A DNA stretch of 64,000 bases from Moniliella sp. 'wahieum' (Eukaryota): positions 186,001 to 250,000 of the forward strand of contig RSEE01000021.1 of NCBI GenBank assembly GCA_003971905.1, given 5' to 3'. This document shows, piece after piece, positions 24,934 to 37,938 of this stretch. The position numbers and the translations under genes were made by a program. Positions within the stretch are counted from its first letter, which is position 1; each line of letters begins with the position of its first letter. The notes under the pieces are model-generated. The model ran no database searches. It saw only the letters and a program-made list of their open reading frames with translations, and was not told where the DNA came from.

Positions 24934-26362
24934 CCTGCTTACTAGCTGCTTACATCTCTTGATGTACATACTAATTGTACCATTCGGCGTTGCAGCCGAT
25001 GAGCTAGACCTCCAGCGGCAAAATGCAGCCAATACACTTGGGGGGGTTGGACCGCTAGTTACTGGTGTCAGGTTTCTGGGTGAGCAGGATTACCGGCCAT
25101 CGGTTGAGGGGGGGTACCGGGCCGTTTTGTGGTCCGGTTCTCACGAAGCGAGTTGCTAGTGTGTTACGGGCTTGTGCCGAGGCACTTCGTGTGCGCGGGT
25201 ATGTCGAACGAGCTTGGGTGGTTTGTAGCCAGGCAACCAAGCTTGGGCGAAAACAGTATTGAAGGCGACAACTAGGACGCGTGGGAGCTCAGCTGTTTGG
25301 ACTGGAGGAGACCCACCGGGGATGGGCGCATTGCAGCAGAATCAATCCGTTCAATATCATTCCAGGGGGCGTTTGGCAAAGGGAAATGTGCATCCCCTGC
25401 ATGCACCTCTTCGGAATCATTTGGGATCGTAGTGTAGCTGGCTGCTCACGGATCCTAAAGCCTATAACTCCTGCGCCTAGGTCAACGAGTCTTTCACGGG
25501 GCCCGGTTCAACCTGCGAGAGCAGCGTCATTTTTGCTATGGTAGTGCGGAACAGAAGCACTTCTAGCCGTTACAGCCTCGTCGTACTAGAACGGGGTCCA
25601 TCTGGTATGTACGGGGCACTGGTACCCGCGTCCATGTTTGATTAGCTCAATTCATGAAACGACTGATGGAAGACCAAGAGTGGAGCAGGCGTTGAACCGC
25701 TGTGCTGCCTATATCACGGGATGGGGAGGGAGGGGGGGTGCGGACTGGAGTCTCAATAACAACCGTTTTCAACGGCCTCAATCTTTGTGGCCTACATATT
25801 GAACGGAAAGTGGATCGTGGAGGGACACATGTGGTCCGGCTCAAGCCCCTCAATAGAGAACACGGTCACACAATACAGCTCAAAGGCTCCAATGGGTCAG
25901 ACTGAAAGACAAGGTGATGGCAAACGAAGCGCATGTCAACTTGCCTCAGCTTGCAAGACCACCGAGGTCGTCATCAATCGCAGACCATAACCAAATTGGG
26001 AAGGTTGAACAGACCAACACCGGGAGGAGACGAGTGTGATGGAGGGCTGACCAGAAGCTCAATGGACCAGGAATGTAAAAAGTCCTTGTAGACAAAATGA
26101 AAGCCCCAAAGCAGTAGAGGAGTGCACTCCTGGAGGCATTCAGACGCCATTGAAAGTCATTGGCCCCAATTGATGTGCCTATTCCACACCAATGCACGGG
26201 AACAGGGCACGAAGGGAGGAGGGAACGAAGGAACTCTGCCGTGCCTCCCAATGCAATAAGGGGAGGACCGGGGCCAAGAAACGCGATGAAGAAACTGAAG
26301 GCAGAACGGGTGACGTGGTCTAGGCCATGGATGTTCAGGTCGTTGCGCTGCCACTGTGTACG

Positions 26363-27192
<830 letters not shown>

Positions 27193-27339
27193 TCACGCGT
27201 CCCAGCCGCCACTGCTTGCAATGTTTCACGGGGGTGCCGCAGTGCCCCGTTCTTCCGCAACCTACCAGTGCGGGTCGTGGATCACGTGACAGGCCGATTA
27301 TCTCCCCTCCTTGCACCGCTGCATGCTCGCCTTGCCACC

Positions 27340-28600
27340 ACCGTCAAGGATGGATTATTGTTGTTCAGCGCGCAGGAGAGGTGGTGGGTTGCTTGTGAGC
27401 ATACCAGCCTCTGCCTAGAGCAGCCGATGACTCAAGTCTCCAAAGGGGCTGCCTCTGCAGCTGGTAGTACAGCGGCGATGGGGAAGTGTGTGCTTGTTTT
27501 GCTACTAGTTCTCCGGGATGAGATATGGGGAGGCGAACGCGGCCACACAACATGCCGGAAAGTCTGCACAACCATGCACAGTATTGGGAGGCTTTACAGA
27601 GGAGAGCACCGAGGACCGTCGGCGTGTGTCTCTGTAACATGTCCCTGTGGCAAAAATGACTTGCGGTGCCCACCTCAGGTTAAGAAAGGCGGGAGCGATA
27701 CCAGCGTTTTTTGCTTATATTGCCTGTGATCGACGAGAGAGCGTGTATATTATCTGCTACGTTTCGTCAAAATCCACCCTTGACCCAGGCACTTCGCATT
27801 ATTTCTTTTGGGACTGTAGCCGTGCGGTTTATCAACCCACAGCTTCTGGAACGCTGCTCTTGATCTCCCAGTTGTCGCTCGATCGAGCACCTATATCATG
27901 ATTGTGTTGCCATCCTACCAGAGTAGGCGAACTTATTGGGTGTTTCTAGTGACATAAATACGAACTATAGGGAGTGTGATAGGATTAGGAGCTTTTGGAG
28001 GATTAAGGAAAATATAATTCAGTAAAGGAGGACCAAACCCTCAGGGAGTCTGATACAAAATCATGATGGAAGAGGCCAAAATAGCATACCGGAAGGTGGC
28101 GCATGAGGTGCACGAGGAGACGGAAATACTCGTGGGATTCCAGGAAAATGAGCTGCATTGACCCAGTTATTAGAGCAAAAACTGAATGCTACAAGAACGC
28201 CAAAAAGTACCAGGTACGCATTCACAACCGTTCCTCCTCCTGTTCATACCGAGACACGCGGCTACTATTCCACCCAACTGGCCAACAAGAGTCTCATTTG
28301 TGGAGGTAGTTCATCGCTCACGTGTAGTACCACACTCATTCCTAGCTGTATCCACTCTCGTGGGTCATATCCAGGTTCTACGCGAGAAAGGGAGGGAGTC
28401 AGAGGATCCTGTGGCGTGCTGGCGACCCCACTGCGGCTTCCTCATCTCTCTCTGTGGTTGCGGCACGAGCTACCAGCACCCGCCGGATGAGCGAGCCTGG
28501 CAAGCACAGCGTACCTTGGACGCTGTCTTCAGCTGTTTGCACATTATGCATGCTATGAAAGCAGAGGTAGGGAATATAGGTCCCGAGTGGGCCATCATTG
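27340..28600 (+). mobile_element. Decayed RLE-type non-LTR retrotransposon, copy B (core 28060-28600; upstream knuckle-region remnant ~27340-27640 less certain)
   Basis: aagaacgccaaaaagtaccagg at ~28193 (KNAKY), then PF..V..ETRGYYS. Shares tgaggtgcacgag with copy C. Upstream LLVSIPA..GLPLQL..CLFC resembles copy A. Confidence 0.6.
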
Positions 28601-28847
28601 GAGGTGGAGACCATAGCAATCTGGGAAATTGGAGCTGGCAACCGTAGTCATAACAACCCTACCAATACGGTCACGGGCTGGTGACCGGTGATCATCGATT
28701 AGTGTACTTTAACTATTCAGATACAACCCTAGCGCCACTTCCCGCAGCAGGGAAGCCCATTCCACGCGATCGGTTGGTGGCCAGAGTAGTGATCGACCCA
28801 CCGACCAAGTATTCCTAAGTGTGCCTTTGGTCACCGCCGATTCTGCC

Positions 28848-29264
28848 ATGAGTTGCGTCGTTAAGGGCCCAGCCTCAGGCTCAGCAGCACAAGATTCCCA
28901 TCATGCTGACTAGCCGCAATCTCAATAAGAAGCTCGAGAAGGGTATGCTTTCTTTGCCTGTGTCGCAGAGTACGTTTGGCTGACCATTTCTCGTTTCAGT
29001 TTGCTCGGACTTGGTAAAACGCGCTCTAAAGACAAGGGTCTGCGTGTCAAGCGCCCCGTCCGCCTTCCGACCAAGGTTCTTTCGCACGTTGTGCGCAAGT
29101 CGCCCTGTGGTGAAGCTAGGCTCCAAGACCTGGGACCACTTTGAGATGAAGATATCCACAAGCGTCTGATTGACTTTTCCGGCACTTCGGAGGATGTCCG
29201 TCTCATCACCCGCTTCAACTTGGAGCCCGGTGTTGAGGTGGAGGTCACCATCATTGACGCTTAA
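28848..29264 (+). pseudogene. RPS20: 40S ribosomal protein S20 (uS10) pseudogene, intron retained
   Basis: HKIPIMLTSRN..KLEK|GTATGC..CTGAC..CAG|..[49 protein letters not shown]...[11 protein letters not shown]. Carries 2-4 nt insertions and substitutions at conserved residues. Confidence 0.85.
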
Positions 29265-29516
29265 GTCATGGTCATGGCCCCTTCATCGCGGTCCAGGACG
29301 CCGCGTGCTGACCCCGCCTTGGGTCAATTGAGCCTCCGTCGGGGTGCACCTTTTCGTTCAAAATGTATTCATCTATCGATGTATATCTATGTCGCGTATG
29401 GGCCGTGTAGGGCATACGGGAGAAGAAAAAGCAGAAAGATGGATGAATAGTGAATGCAAGAGGATGCACTCCTACTATTGGAGCTCAATACTCAACCCTC
29501 CTGATGCGCCCATCCA

Positions 29517-29583
29517 GACTCATAGTACAGTGGTCAAGCACATATCCATACGGAGGACCGGGTTTCGATTCCCCGTCGAGTCA
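29517..29583 (+). tRNA. tRNA pseudogene, probably Gly(TCC)
   Basis: Acceptor GACTC(-)A/TCGAGTC-A, A-box TAGTACAGTGGT and T-arm CGGGT-TTCGATT-CCCCG. TCC-AT-ACGGA retains only the 3' strand of the anticodon stem. TTTT follows. Confidence 0.65.
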
Positions 29584-30189
29584 CGTTTTCACTCTGTCCA
29601 CCACTAGTCACTCCCGGGTTGCTCCTCTCACACCTCCAACTCGCTCAGGGGGGGGGGGCGAAGGCAGTTGCCCTCCGACCGGGGGCCCTATGGTTGGCGG
29701 TGGTGATGGTGGTGGTGGTGGTGTGTAACGAATCTGCTTAGCCTAAGCGCTTAGCTGTCCGGCGGGGTACATGCATGGTGGGGCTGGCGGTCCTGTACGT
29801 ACTAGGCCACAAGGCGCCTTATCGATCACCGGTCACCGTTCAACCAACCCCTATTTGACCTCCGAGGAAGCCTCCACCTGTGTATACTGCAGCGAACCCC
29901 TGTCTTTCCAGGTGTAGCACTGGTGTGGCAGAATGCTTCAGATAGACTTTAGCGCTTTAACCACCACCCTGATGATTCGCGTGATTGCATGCTCTGCTCT
30001 CTCTCCCATGGTTCTTCACCAAATTCTCTCTCTGCATTAACAAGACTAAAACTGCTAGAAGGAAATGGCGTTTGGAATCCGCCACTTTATTCAACAGGCA
30101 GTATTTCCTTTTTAGGTGCCTTACGAATGCCTTACGCAGCAATAACCCTTTTCCTGGAGGGCAAGAACATTCTCCACAGCCACTGTAGC

Positions 30190-30400
30190 TCATCATGCAT
30201 CATGATGTGCATGATGATGCAATGCAATACGCCACCAACTGCCTGCTCTCTGGTCTTCTGTCTGCAACACTGATGCACTGATGCAATTGATGGACTGATG
30301 TACTGATGGACTGATGCTGATCGGATACGGAGTACTGATGTACTGATGCATGATGGTACTGATGCATGATGGTACTGATGCAATGCTTGATGCATTTGGA
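30190..30400. repeat. ATGCAT/ACTGATG-based quasi-palindromic repeat tract
   Basis: catcatgcatcatgatg; (ACTGATGN)n octamers; (TACTGATGCATGATGG)x2. Confidence 0.85.
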
Positions 30401-30796
30401 ATCCGAGCAAGCACCTGGGCGCTGCTCCACATTGCTCCCTGTTCGCGCTCCTTTGCCTGCCCGATACAGATAGCAAAAGCGATCGCAATTTGAAGGCGGT
30501 GAAGGGTCCAGCCGCCCTGCCCAGCCCTGCCCCGCCTGGACCAGCCCCAAACAATGGCAGCTGTGGGTGTCTCTGTTGTTCCTGTTGATCGTCAGCGCGT
30601 CAGCGCCTCGCGCGTCACTCACAACGTCAAGGATCAAGGATCGATCAAGCTTCAAGCGTCAAGGCTTTGGGCCTCAGATCCGCAGAGGCGCTCAGGCGCT
30701 CAAGGCGCGTTCGCCTTCAGACCTTCGCGCTTCTCAGATCTCAGACTGAGATATCAGCGTCCAAGAAACACATCACCGACAGGGAGTCTGTTGGGG

Positions 30797-30824
30797 AGTT
30801 ACTAGTTACTAGTTACTAGTTACT
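30797..30824. repeat. Palindromic heptamer array (ACTAGT-T)x3
   Basis: agttactagttactagttactagttact. Confidence 0.95.
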
Positions 30825-32335
30825 ACTACTACTTATCGATGTTCGATGATGGATGTCGATGTATGAACAAGTCAAAGCACCGACGCCACTCTTCGCGCTA
30901 CAGCCTGGTACGGCCTGCTATGGCAGGCTATGGTACCAACACGATGGACATCTGAGGCCCCTCAGGCATCCGGCCCAAGGCCTGAACCCCAGGCCTTTAA
31001 GCTTTAAGTCTCAACGCTTCTATTGGGGGCTTTGGAATTGATGCAATATCGACGCCTCAACAACTTGAAGCTTTTGAAGCTTGAAGAGCTTGAAGCCAAG
31101 AGCTTGAGCGTTCCTTGAGCGTTCCTTGAGCACTTGGAGCTAGCGTGAAGGGCTTGGAGTGGGATGCGTTAAGACCGTGCACGCGGCGAGCACGCGAGTT
31201 TGCTTGCGCGTGAGAACGAAGCGCGATTCTGGAAGCGCTGCTGCACAAAGCGACGCACTGCACACTTGCGAGAGCTCCGTCTCGGGTGAGACAGGCTATG
31301 CGGCTTGCACAGCAATTAGGGCACACAATAAGGCACGCAATTTAGTATTTACGTTCCACGTCACTAGTTATTCGCTCCCGCTTCCACCGCCTCCGGCTCC
31401 TGTTCGCACCCTCCGGAGAACTACTCTATGCGCGCTTCCCCAACACAGAGAACAACACGCAACAGCTCCAACAGTTATCGATTATCGACGTGAATCAGTG
31501 ATCCCTACTGTTCCATCATGCGTCTTGCGTCTTGCATCAGATGCGCCTCTTCCGCTGCAGGGCGCAGGACATCCGTCTGAATGGGGACGGGAGTGGGATC
31601 GTGAGATGCTGTTAGTTAATAGTGTTGAGCGCGTGGGGCATGTGTGGGATACATATGTTCGGACATCTCGGGGCCGCCACAGCTGTGTGTCCTTCTGGCC
31701 GCTTCATCGATCATCGATCATCGCGCTCATCGAGATACTCCTTAATCATTGTTCACGCATTCACGTCCATGCATCATGCACCCTTTCCATACGCGCGGTG
31801 GTCTGCGGTGGTGTGGAGAGCATCCTGTCCGCGACCTGCGTTGAATACGTTGAAGGGAGAGTCCGTGCACGGTACTCCCGTCGCTCTCGCGAATCGCTGT
31901 GGAGGGGGGCGGTCAGGCAGGCTACGTACACAGTCCCTGTGCTACCCCTGCAACGAACGCACGAACCAGCCTCCCTCCCTTTGGGGCTATGCACTACGCC
32001 CATGGCGAGAGAGGCTGGATCCAGTGCAGATCACGCACGCAGATCACGCACAGCTCCTCCACCGGCTCCATCGCACCCTGGCGAGGTCTGGGTACCGTGC
32101 ACCAGCAATATGGTCCGACCGGCAATCCCCTTGGAAGCTCGAGGCTTGAAGCTTCAAGGCTTGAAGCTGTCGAGCGGGTGCTGTGGCATGTCACTGGGTC
32201 TGCCAGGCCACCTCGTGGAGGCTTGAGAGGGAAGCACGTGCACAGTCCCCCTCTGGCCAACCCACCCCACCCCACCAACTGATCCGTGCACCGCCTCTGC
32301 AAAGCTTTAGTAGTCCCCGCGCACACGGTTTCAAG

Positions 32336-32344
32336 CATAAAAGG
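32336..32344 (+). promoter_or_regulatory. TATA-like box upstream of cipC
   Basis: CATAAAAGG ~90 bp before the ATG, followed by a CT-rich tract. Confidence 0.4.
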
Positions 32345-32430
32345 AGCCCCTTCAACCCGTTTCCCTTCTTTCCCCACCCACCCCACCTCTTCCCCACCTC
32401 CTCTTTCCGTTCAAGTCATCTCTCTGCACA

Positions 32431-32808
32431 ATGGGCTTCTTTGGCGAGGACCACTACAACACCGTCGACAACTACGACGGCTCGGACGAGCACAAGGCTA
32501 AGCTCTCGCACGAGGTGCTTGGCGGTGCCGCTGCCTTCGCTGCCGCTAAGGGTATGTTCATCGTCCCCTTCACTGGAAGGAAGGAGTTGATTTGCTGACC
32601 CTGGTATGACAATTCATCAGCTTACGAGGACCACCGCGCCCAGAACGGCGAGCCGGACGACCACGCCCGCGCCAAGGAGGTCCTTGCTGGCTTCGCTGGT
32701 GCCGCTGTCGACCGCCTGGCCGAGACCAAGGGTCTCGACTTCGTCGACCGTGAGCGTGCCAAGCGTGAGGCTGAGAACCAGTCCTACCAGCAGTTCGGCT
32801 ACAACTAA
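32431..32808 (+). CDS. cipC: CipC-like protein (DUF3759)
   Basis: Exons 32431..32551 and 32621..32808 give MGFFGEDHYNTVDNYDGSDEHKAKLSHEVLGGAAAFAAAKAYEDHRAQNGEPDDHARAKEVLAGFAGAAVDRLAETKGLDFVDRERAKREAENQSYQQFGYN*. Not in the ORF track because of the intron. Confidence 0.95.
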
Positions 32809-33166
32809 AGCTGTTCAGCTTACGCCTGGTCATGGCGCGGGCCACTGTTGCGTCTGTCCTGGCCCCGCACCCTCCTCCAGTCAGAGGCTGCAGGCCCAGG
32901 ACTAGCATAGTTGGCCCCATTTCAATGTGGATTATCATAACCCGTTCTACTTGATCCCGTAGCGTTTGTCTAGAATGCGTCCGAGGGGTGGAAGAAGGTT
33001 AGACGTTACGTCCCCATCAGTGTGGAGCAACGCGCGCGAGTTTACCCCACACGCAGCGGTCTTCTTCGGTTGGAAGTTCCGCCCGTAATTAATAATTCCG
33101 CAGGCTCACGTTTGCGGTGCACGGGTCCCTAGCCTCGCGCCGACGGCAGGCAGCAGTTGGTGCACC

Positions 33167-35118
33167 ATGACCCCACCACCACCACGCCGACGCCAGGTCA
33201 GACCGGGGAGGATGGCACCCATCGTTCCCAGTCGCTCCACGCGGAGCAATCAGAGGCGGGGGGAGCAACAGCAACTCCTCTGCTGAAACCCAGACGGGTG
33301 TAGCTGACATGCCTGGCACGCCAGTCGCTAGCCTGGTCGCCGAGCCAGTGAGCGAAGGGGAAGGGCGTTCGATGAGCGATGGGGCGGGTGGTCCATCCGA
33401 CGCGCAACCCCGCGTGGGTCCGAGACAGAGCCTAGTTCCAGCGCGTCCCCCTTCCCCCCTGCCCCTGAGGGTGGCCCAGTCGAGGAAGAGCCGTCCAATC
33501 CCCCTACGTTCGAACCCCCCCCGCCCGAACACAACCTGATGCCGCGCTGCGAGACATCCAAACCAATCCGGTATGTGCACCCCCCCCTCGTCTCCACTTC
33601 TGCTTGGCTGTTGGCGCTCACTCCCTGTCCATGTTGATGCTCAGTTTATGCCCCCGGGAACGACGCCTCTGCTTTGGCTTCGAGGCATCCGCCTTGACGG
33701 CGCCGACAATGTACGAACCAATTTCCTCATCTCGGTCTTACGGCCCTATTTGGACCGCAGAGTGACCAACCTGCCCTGGGCCCCTTGGCTCTATGGCGAC
33801 CGCCTGACGCATGTGCGCCCTGGCCAACCCGCGACGCTAGGCAGTCTCACTGAGCTGACCGAATCCATCTCCATGGACCTCAGTGCCTTCGACATTTTCC
33901 GTGCCATTGACGCTCGTCTCGAGCCCTCCAACCAGCCAGGGGCTGGGCAAGAGGATGTGGAGATTGTGCTGGACTGCACTCCCAAGGGCCGTTATTTTCT
34001 CAAAACCTCGACCGACCTGGGCAACAATGGGGACAAGTCTGTCTCGGTGCAGGGGCATGCGCGCAACCTGTTTGGTGGAGCCGAGATGTTGGAAGCCTCG
34101 GCCACCTGGGGCACCAAAACCCGACGAGCGTTCAACCTGTTGTTCTCTACACCTTTACTTGGCTCCCCAATCTTCCGAGCCTCTCTTTCGGCCAGCACTG
34201 TCGACCAGACTGCACCGCCTGTCAACGTTTGGGACGGTACGTGGGGTTCGGAGTGCGCTCTTTTTACGACGCCGGCTGGCACGTCGCAGGAACTGGCGGT
34301 GGAAATCTCGCATCGGCACGTGGGCTACCCTACCGCGTCGACGAGCGCGGCAATGCGCGCCTTGATGGGCGATACCATCAAGGATCCCTGACGCACACCT
34401 GGGTGCGGGATACCGCCGATGCCCCGCTGCTCGCTTCCGAAGGTTGGAGCAGCCGTCTCGTCCAGGAACTGGCGGGAGCAGGTGGCAGCACGTCCCACTA
34501 CAAGCTGGAAGCTGAGGCCAAAGTGTCGCGTGCTCTTGATGCCCTTTTCTCAGGCAAGGCGTCAGGGGGGGGGTTTCGCTCGCTGGCTCAGTAGGTATGC
34601 TGCGCAGCTTGACAGGCCAAGCCAGTTGCTTTAGTGACCGCTTCCACCTCGGCGGGCCGACGACCATGCGAATGGTGCGTCAAAACGCAATGGGCCCCAA
34701 GGGGGTCAACAGTTTCATCCCGGATACCCCCGAGCGTGGCGATTCTCTCGGGGGGATGCCTACTGGTCCGTAGGTGCCAGTTTGTTCGCCCCCTTCATCA
34801 AGCGCGAATGGGGCGACTTCAAGTGGCATGCGTTTGTCAACGCAGGCCAGCTAGCCTTGATGGATCAAAAACGGCCATTGCTCTCCCATGCTTCCCTTAC
34901 TCCCGCCGCGCCAACTGAGGCCGCCGCGCCATCTACAACCGGGGCCGTGCAAGACTTGTGGAGACAACTCTCTCTTCCTACGGTTACCGCTGGTGTAGGG
35001 CTGGTGTACACTCAAGGCGCACTGCGTGCCGAGCTCAATGCTGGTGCCCCCTGGCCAGTCGCCGCTCGGACGGTGTTCGCAAAGGTCTACAGCTCGGAGT
35101 GGGGTATCGTTTTTGTAA
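33167..35118 (+). CDS. SAM50: Mitochondrial outer-membrane SAM complex core subunit (Omp85 family); start uncertain (33167 or 33309)
   Basis: IRLDGADNVRTNFL (POTRA), RNLFGGAEMLEASATWGTKTR, HTWVRDTAD.PL, DRFHLGGPTTMR, KWHAFVNAGQL and AGVGLVYTQGALRAELN...RKGLQLG. Frameshifts present. Confidence 0.9.
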
Positions 35119-35526
35119 TCACGATTCATCGATCATCTCTACTATCGATTTGGAAGACTCGCTGCTTGCCTTAGGATCCCTCGATTGCAAAACGGAACAT
35201 GGTGTATTCATGGAGAGATTGACAATCCCAGGTAGCGAGACGAAACACTCAAAAAAGAGGCGAGGGGGTAGGCTCCAAGATCAATCCAAGGATGACTTAC
35301 CCAGTGTAGAGAGACGGGAACAGCGAGAACATACACACAAAGACAGGCAAGGTACATAAAACGTATGGGTAGTACAATAGTCGGGGTGAGTATGTGACAG
35401 TAAATGAGGCGAAAGGAGGTACAAAGGTCAAAGGTCAAGTAGTATAACGAATGTGATGAAGTGATGGGGGGAGGGTAGGCGTAAGGTGAGATATTATCAA
35501 GATAGGGTGCCTGAAAGGGAGAGAGC

Positions 35527-37938
35527 TCAGGAAACCCATGGGTTTCCACAGCAAGGGCATGCCTGTTTCGCCAGGTCGACACCGAGCTGGGTCTTGACCC
35601 ACATTAATTCGGCGCCCAAGACGGCCATCTCAGCTTCGAGATGGTCGCGGCGCCGAAGCAGATGACCAGGATGCGGATCCTGCATGACTAAACCTGTGGC
35701 GGTCTCGCTCTTTTCCTCCGGGCGTGGCAAATACCTCTTCGCCTCCGCCCTCGAGGGAATTGGGGGTTAAAGGCAACGGACGCGGCGTACCACGTCCGCG
35801 GCTCACAACCATCAGATCAGGCAAGGAGGAGCTCTCCCTCAAACTTGCCCCCGATGAAAAAATCCGCAACGCATGCCGATGCCCCCGCCGAGCCAAGAGA
35901 CTTGTCATCGTCTCGGTCTGGGTGGGGGTAGGGGGGCTACTGATGACTCCACGTCCGTCTGGTCGATGGTGCCAGTTTATCGGGGTGAATGAAAGGAGGG
36001 AGGAGGCCAGGGCTGCTTGCCACTGATGTGGCAACCTCTTCTGAGGACTTGGAGGGATTCAGGACACGCGTGGGTGGCGTAAGACTGTTCTCATCCACGG
36101 TCCACTGAACGCTGCTGTCGGCCTCGGTTTGGCCTGCCGATGTTGATCCTTCGTCGCCAGCGGGCTCTTCACCCTCAAGTTCTTCGGGCGCGTCAAGAGG
36201 AGTGAAGGATTGCACATGATTGGGCACAGAAAAGGGCACTGGGAAGAGCTTTCGGGATGGGATGCCTCTGTAGCCCCCCTTTCCAGAGAAGGGCTTGTGT
36301 CTGACTCTGGTACGGGAGGAAGACGCGCTTCGGAAGAGCCAATGGCAGATAGAACAGCCATTTCAGAAGGACCAAACATTGCGCTCACTGGTCTCAAACT
36401 TAGGTGTGGACTTGTGCCCGGGACATCGGGGAAGCGTCCGACAGCAAAAGAAGAGGGAGTAGGATGAGCTATGTACAATGTAAGAGTTCAGTATGGGTCC
36501 TTGTTTCTCTTTCGGCGCAGGCATACGTACTTTGGTCATGTAGCTTCGGGTCGAGCTCATCGTGGTCTGGAGGCCGTGTTGAGAGCAGCTGGTGGCAAAC
36601 TGTCCGGAATCATAGAGGCAGTCAGAGAAGCAGATCCGCTTACAAAGCGGTGCGCAGACTGAGAGGAGCTTTCCTCGTGTTCATCAAGGGAGATTGGGGT
36701 GCCTGTTTCTACTGGCACCGCCTGAGCTGGGATAGCCTTCTTCTTGGTAAGAACCGATGGAGACGGAGCTTGGTTTTCCAATGGCGCGTCAGGCCACACT
36801 TCATGCGTATCTTTGTTAGCCAACCGAGACTTCTCTTGACTCTTGGGAGTATTGAGGCTGGGGAGTGGGGCAGATGGCGAGCCTGTACTTTTCTTGCTCT
36901 TATCACCGCGCGCGCGACTCAAAAGGGCAGAAAGTGACCGCTTTGTATTCAGTGGATTGCGCGGTTTCAGCGCCATCTTAGGTGAGCGAGCATTTTTGGT
37001 ATCTTTTGGCTTTCCACCGACGGACTCGCCGACGTGGTAGCAAGATGCTGCACGCTTGGTGGTGTGGCTACCGCTCTCGAAGCGGCGACCGCGGGCATGT
37101 TCTGGGACGACGACAATGATTTCGACCGTGACCCAGCCCAACGAGAATGGGTAGGGGAGTGGGTGTTGTTGGGATAAAGGTCACGCGGCGAGGAGAGAAA
37201 GGGGCTTGTCGCAGGAGGACTGCCGAGGTCGCTTCGTCCAGGCAAAGAATCGGAGGCACAGGAACCTGCAGCTTGGGCTTTATTGTTTACCGCCTGCAAC
37301 GGCTCATCCATTTTGTCCAGCTGTGTGGCAATGGTAGGGAAAGCTCGCCGTCCATCAGCAAGAAACAAACGGCTTGGGATCCGCCACGGAACCAGCGAGG
37401 GGTGTGATGGGCGTGTAGGGCGTGCAGGGGGACTGGTCTTGTAACTAGATCCAGGGCTGAGTGGGACGTTCGCGGAGGAGGCTGAGGTGCTGCTACCAAG
37501 CTTGGGAAGCCGAAACATGCCCCGTGACGATGGGCGAAGACCTTCCAGAGACGGCCTCATCGAAAGGGCATCGAGCGACGGCAGAGAATCGAGGGAGGGG
37601 CGCCAGCGCATCCCATGTGGCAAACCGCCGGACGAAGCAGACGCAACAGAGACGAGGCCGCTGGGTGATGCGCCATCGGAGCTTGGGCGGGCTGCCGACC
37701 CGTCGGAGCCAGGAAAGGAGCAGTCCTCCTCCTCTTCCCATGGCGCGAGGGAATTGCGGGTGAGGCGGGGCCCCATGAGGTCATCGGCGTCGGCAGGGAG
37801 GTAGTCGAGGCGGGTAGCACGGGCATGACGATGAAAGGAAGCATCGTCGGGCGCGAGCTCCTCTTGGGCCAGGTCGTCGGTGTCGAGGCTGCCGGGGGTT
37901 GCGCGGAGCACCTGGCCGCTGGGGAGGAGAGGGGGCAT
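35527..37938 (-). CDS. Hypothetical Ser/Pro-rich disordered protein with C-terminal coiled-coil and CPCCG motif
   Basis: Chain of overlapping minus-strand ORFs (36967..37938, 36557..37141, 36059..36478, 35937..36239, 35630..36034, 35527..35730) ending RDHLEAEMAVLGAELMWVKTQLGVDLAKQACPCCG. Confidence 0.6.

Noticed and set aside
29601..29760. CACTA terminus (CACTAGT) or LTR start (TGTAAC) after the tRNA
   Set aside because: No matching second terminus, TSD or coding remnant in the window; CACTAGT is also a common unit of the heptamer arrays.
31159..32226. 355-aa ORF upstream of cipC
   Set aside because: No recognisable domain, and it runs through intergenic palindromic arrays. Probably a chance ORF in GC-rich DNA.
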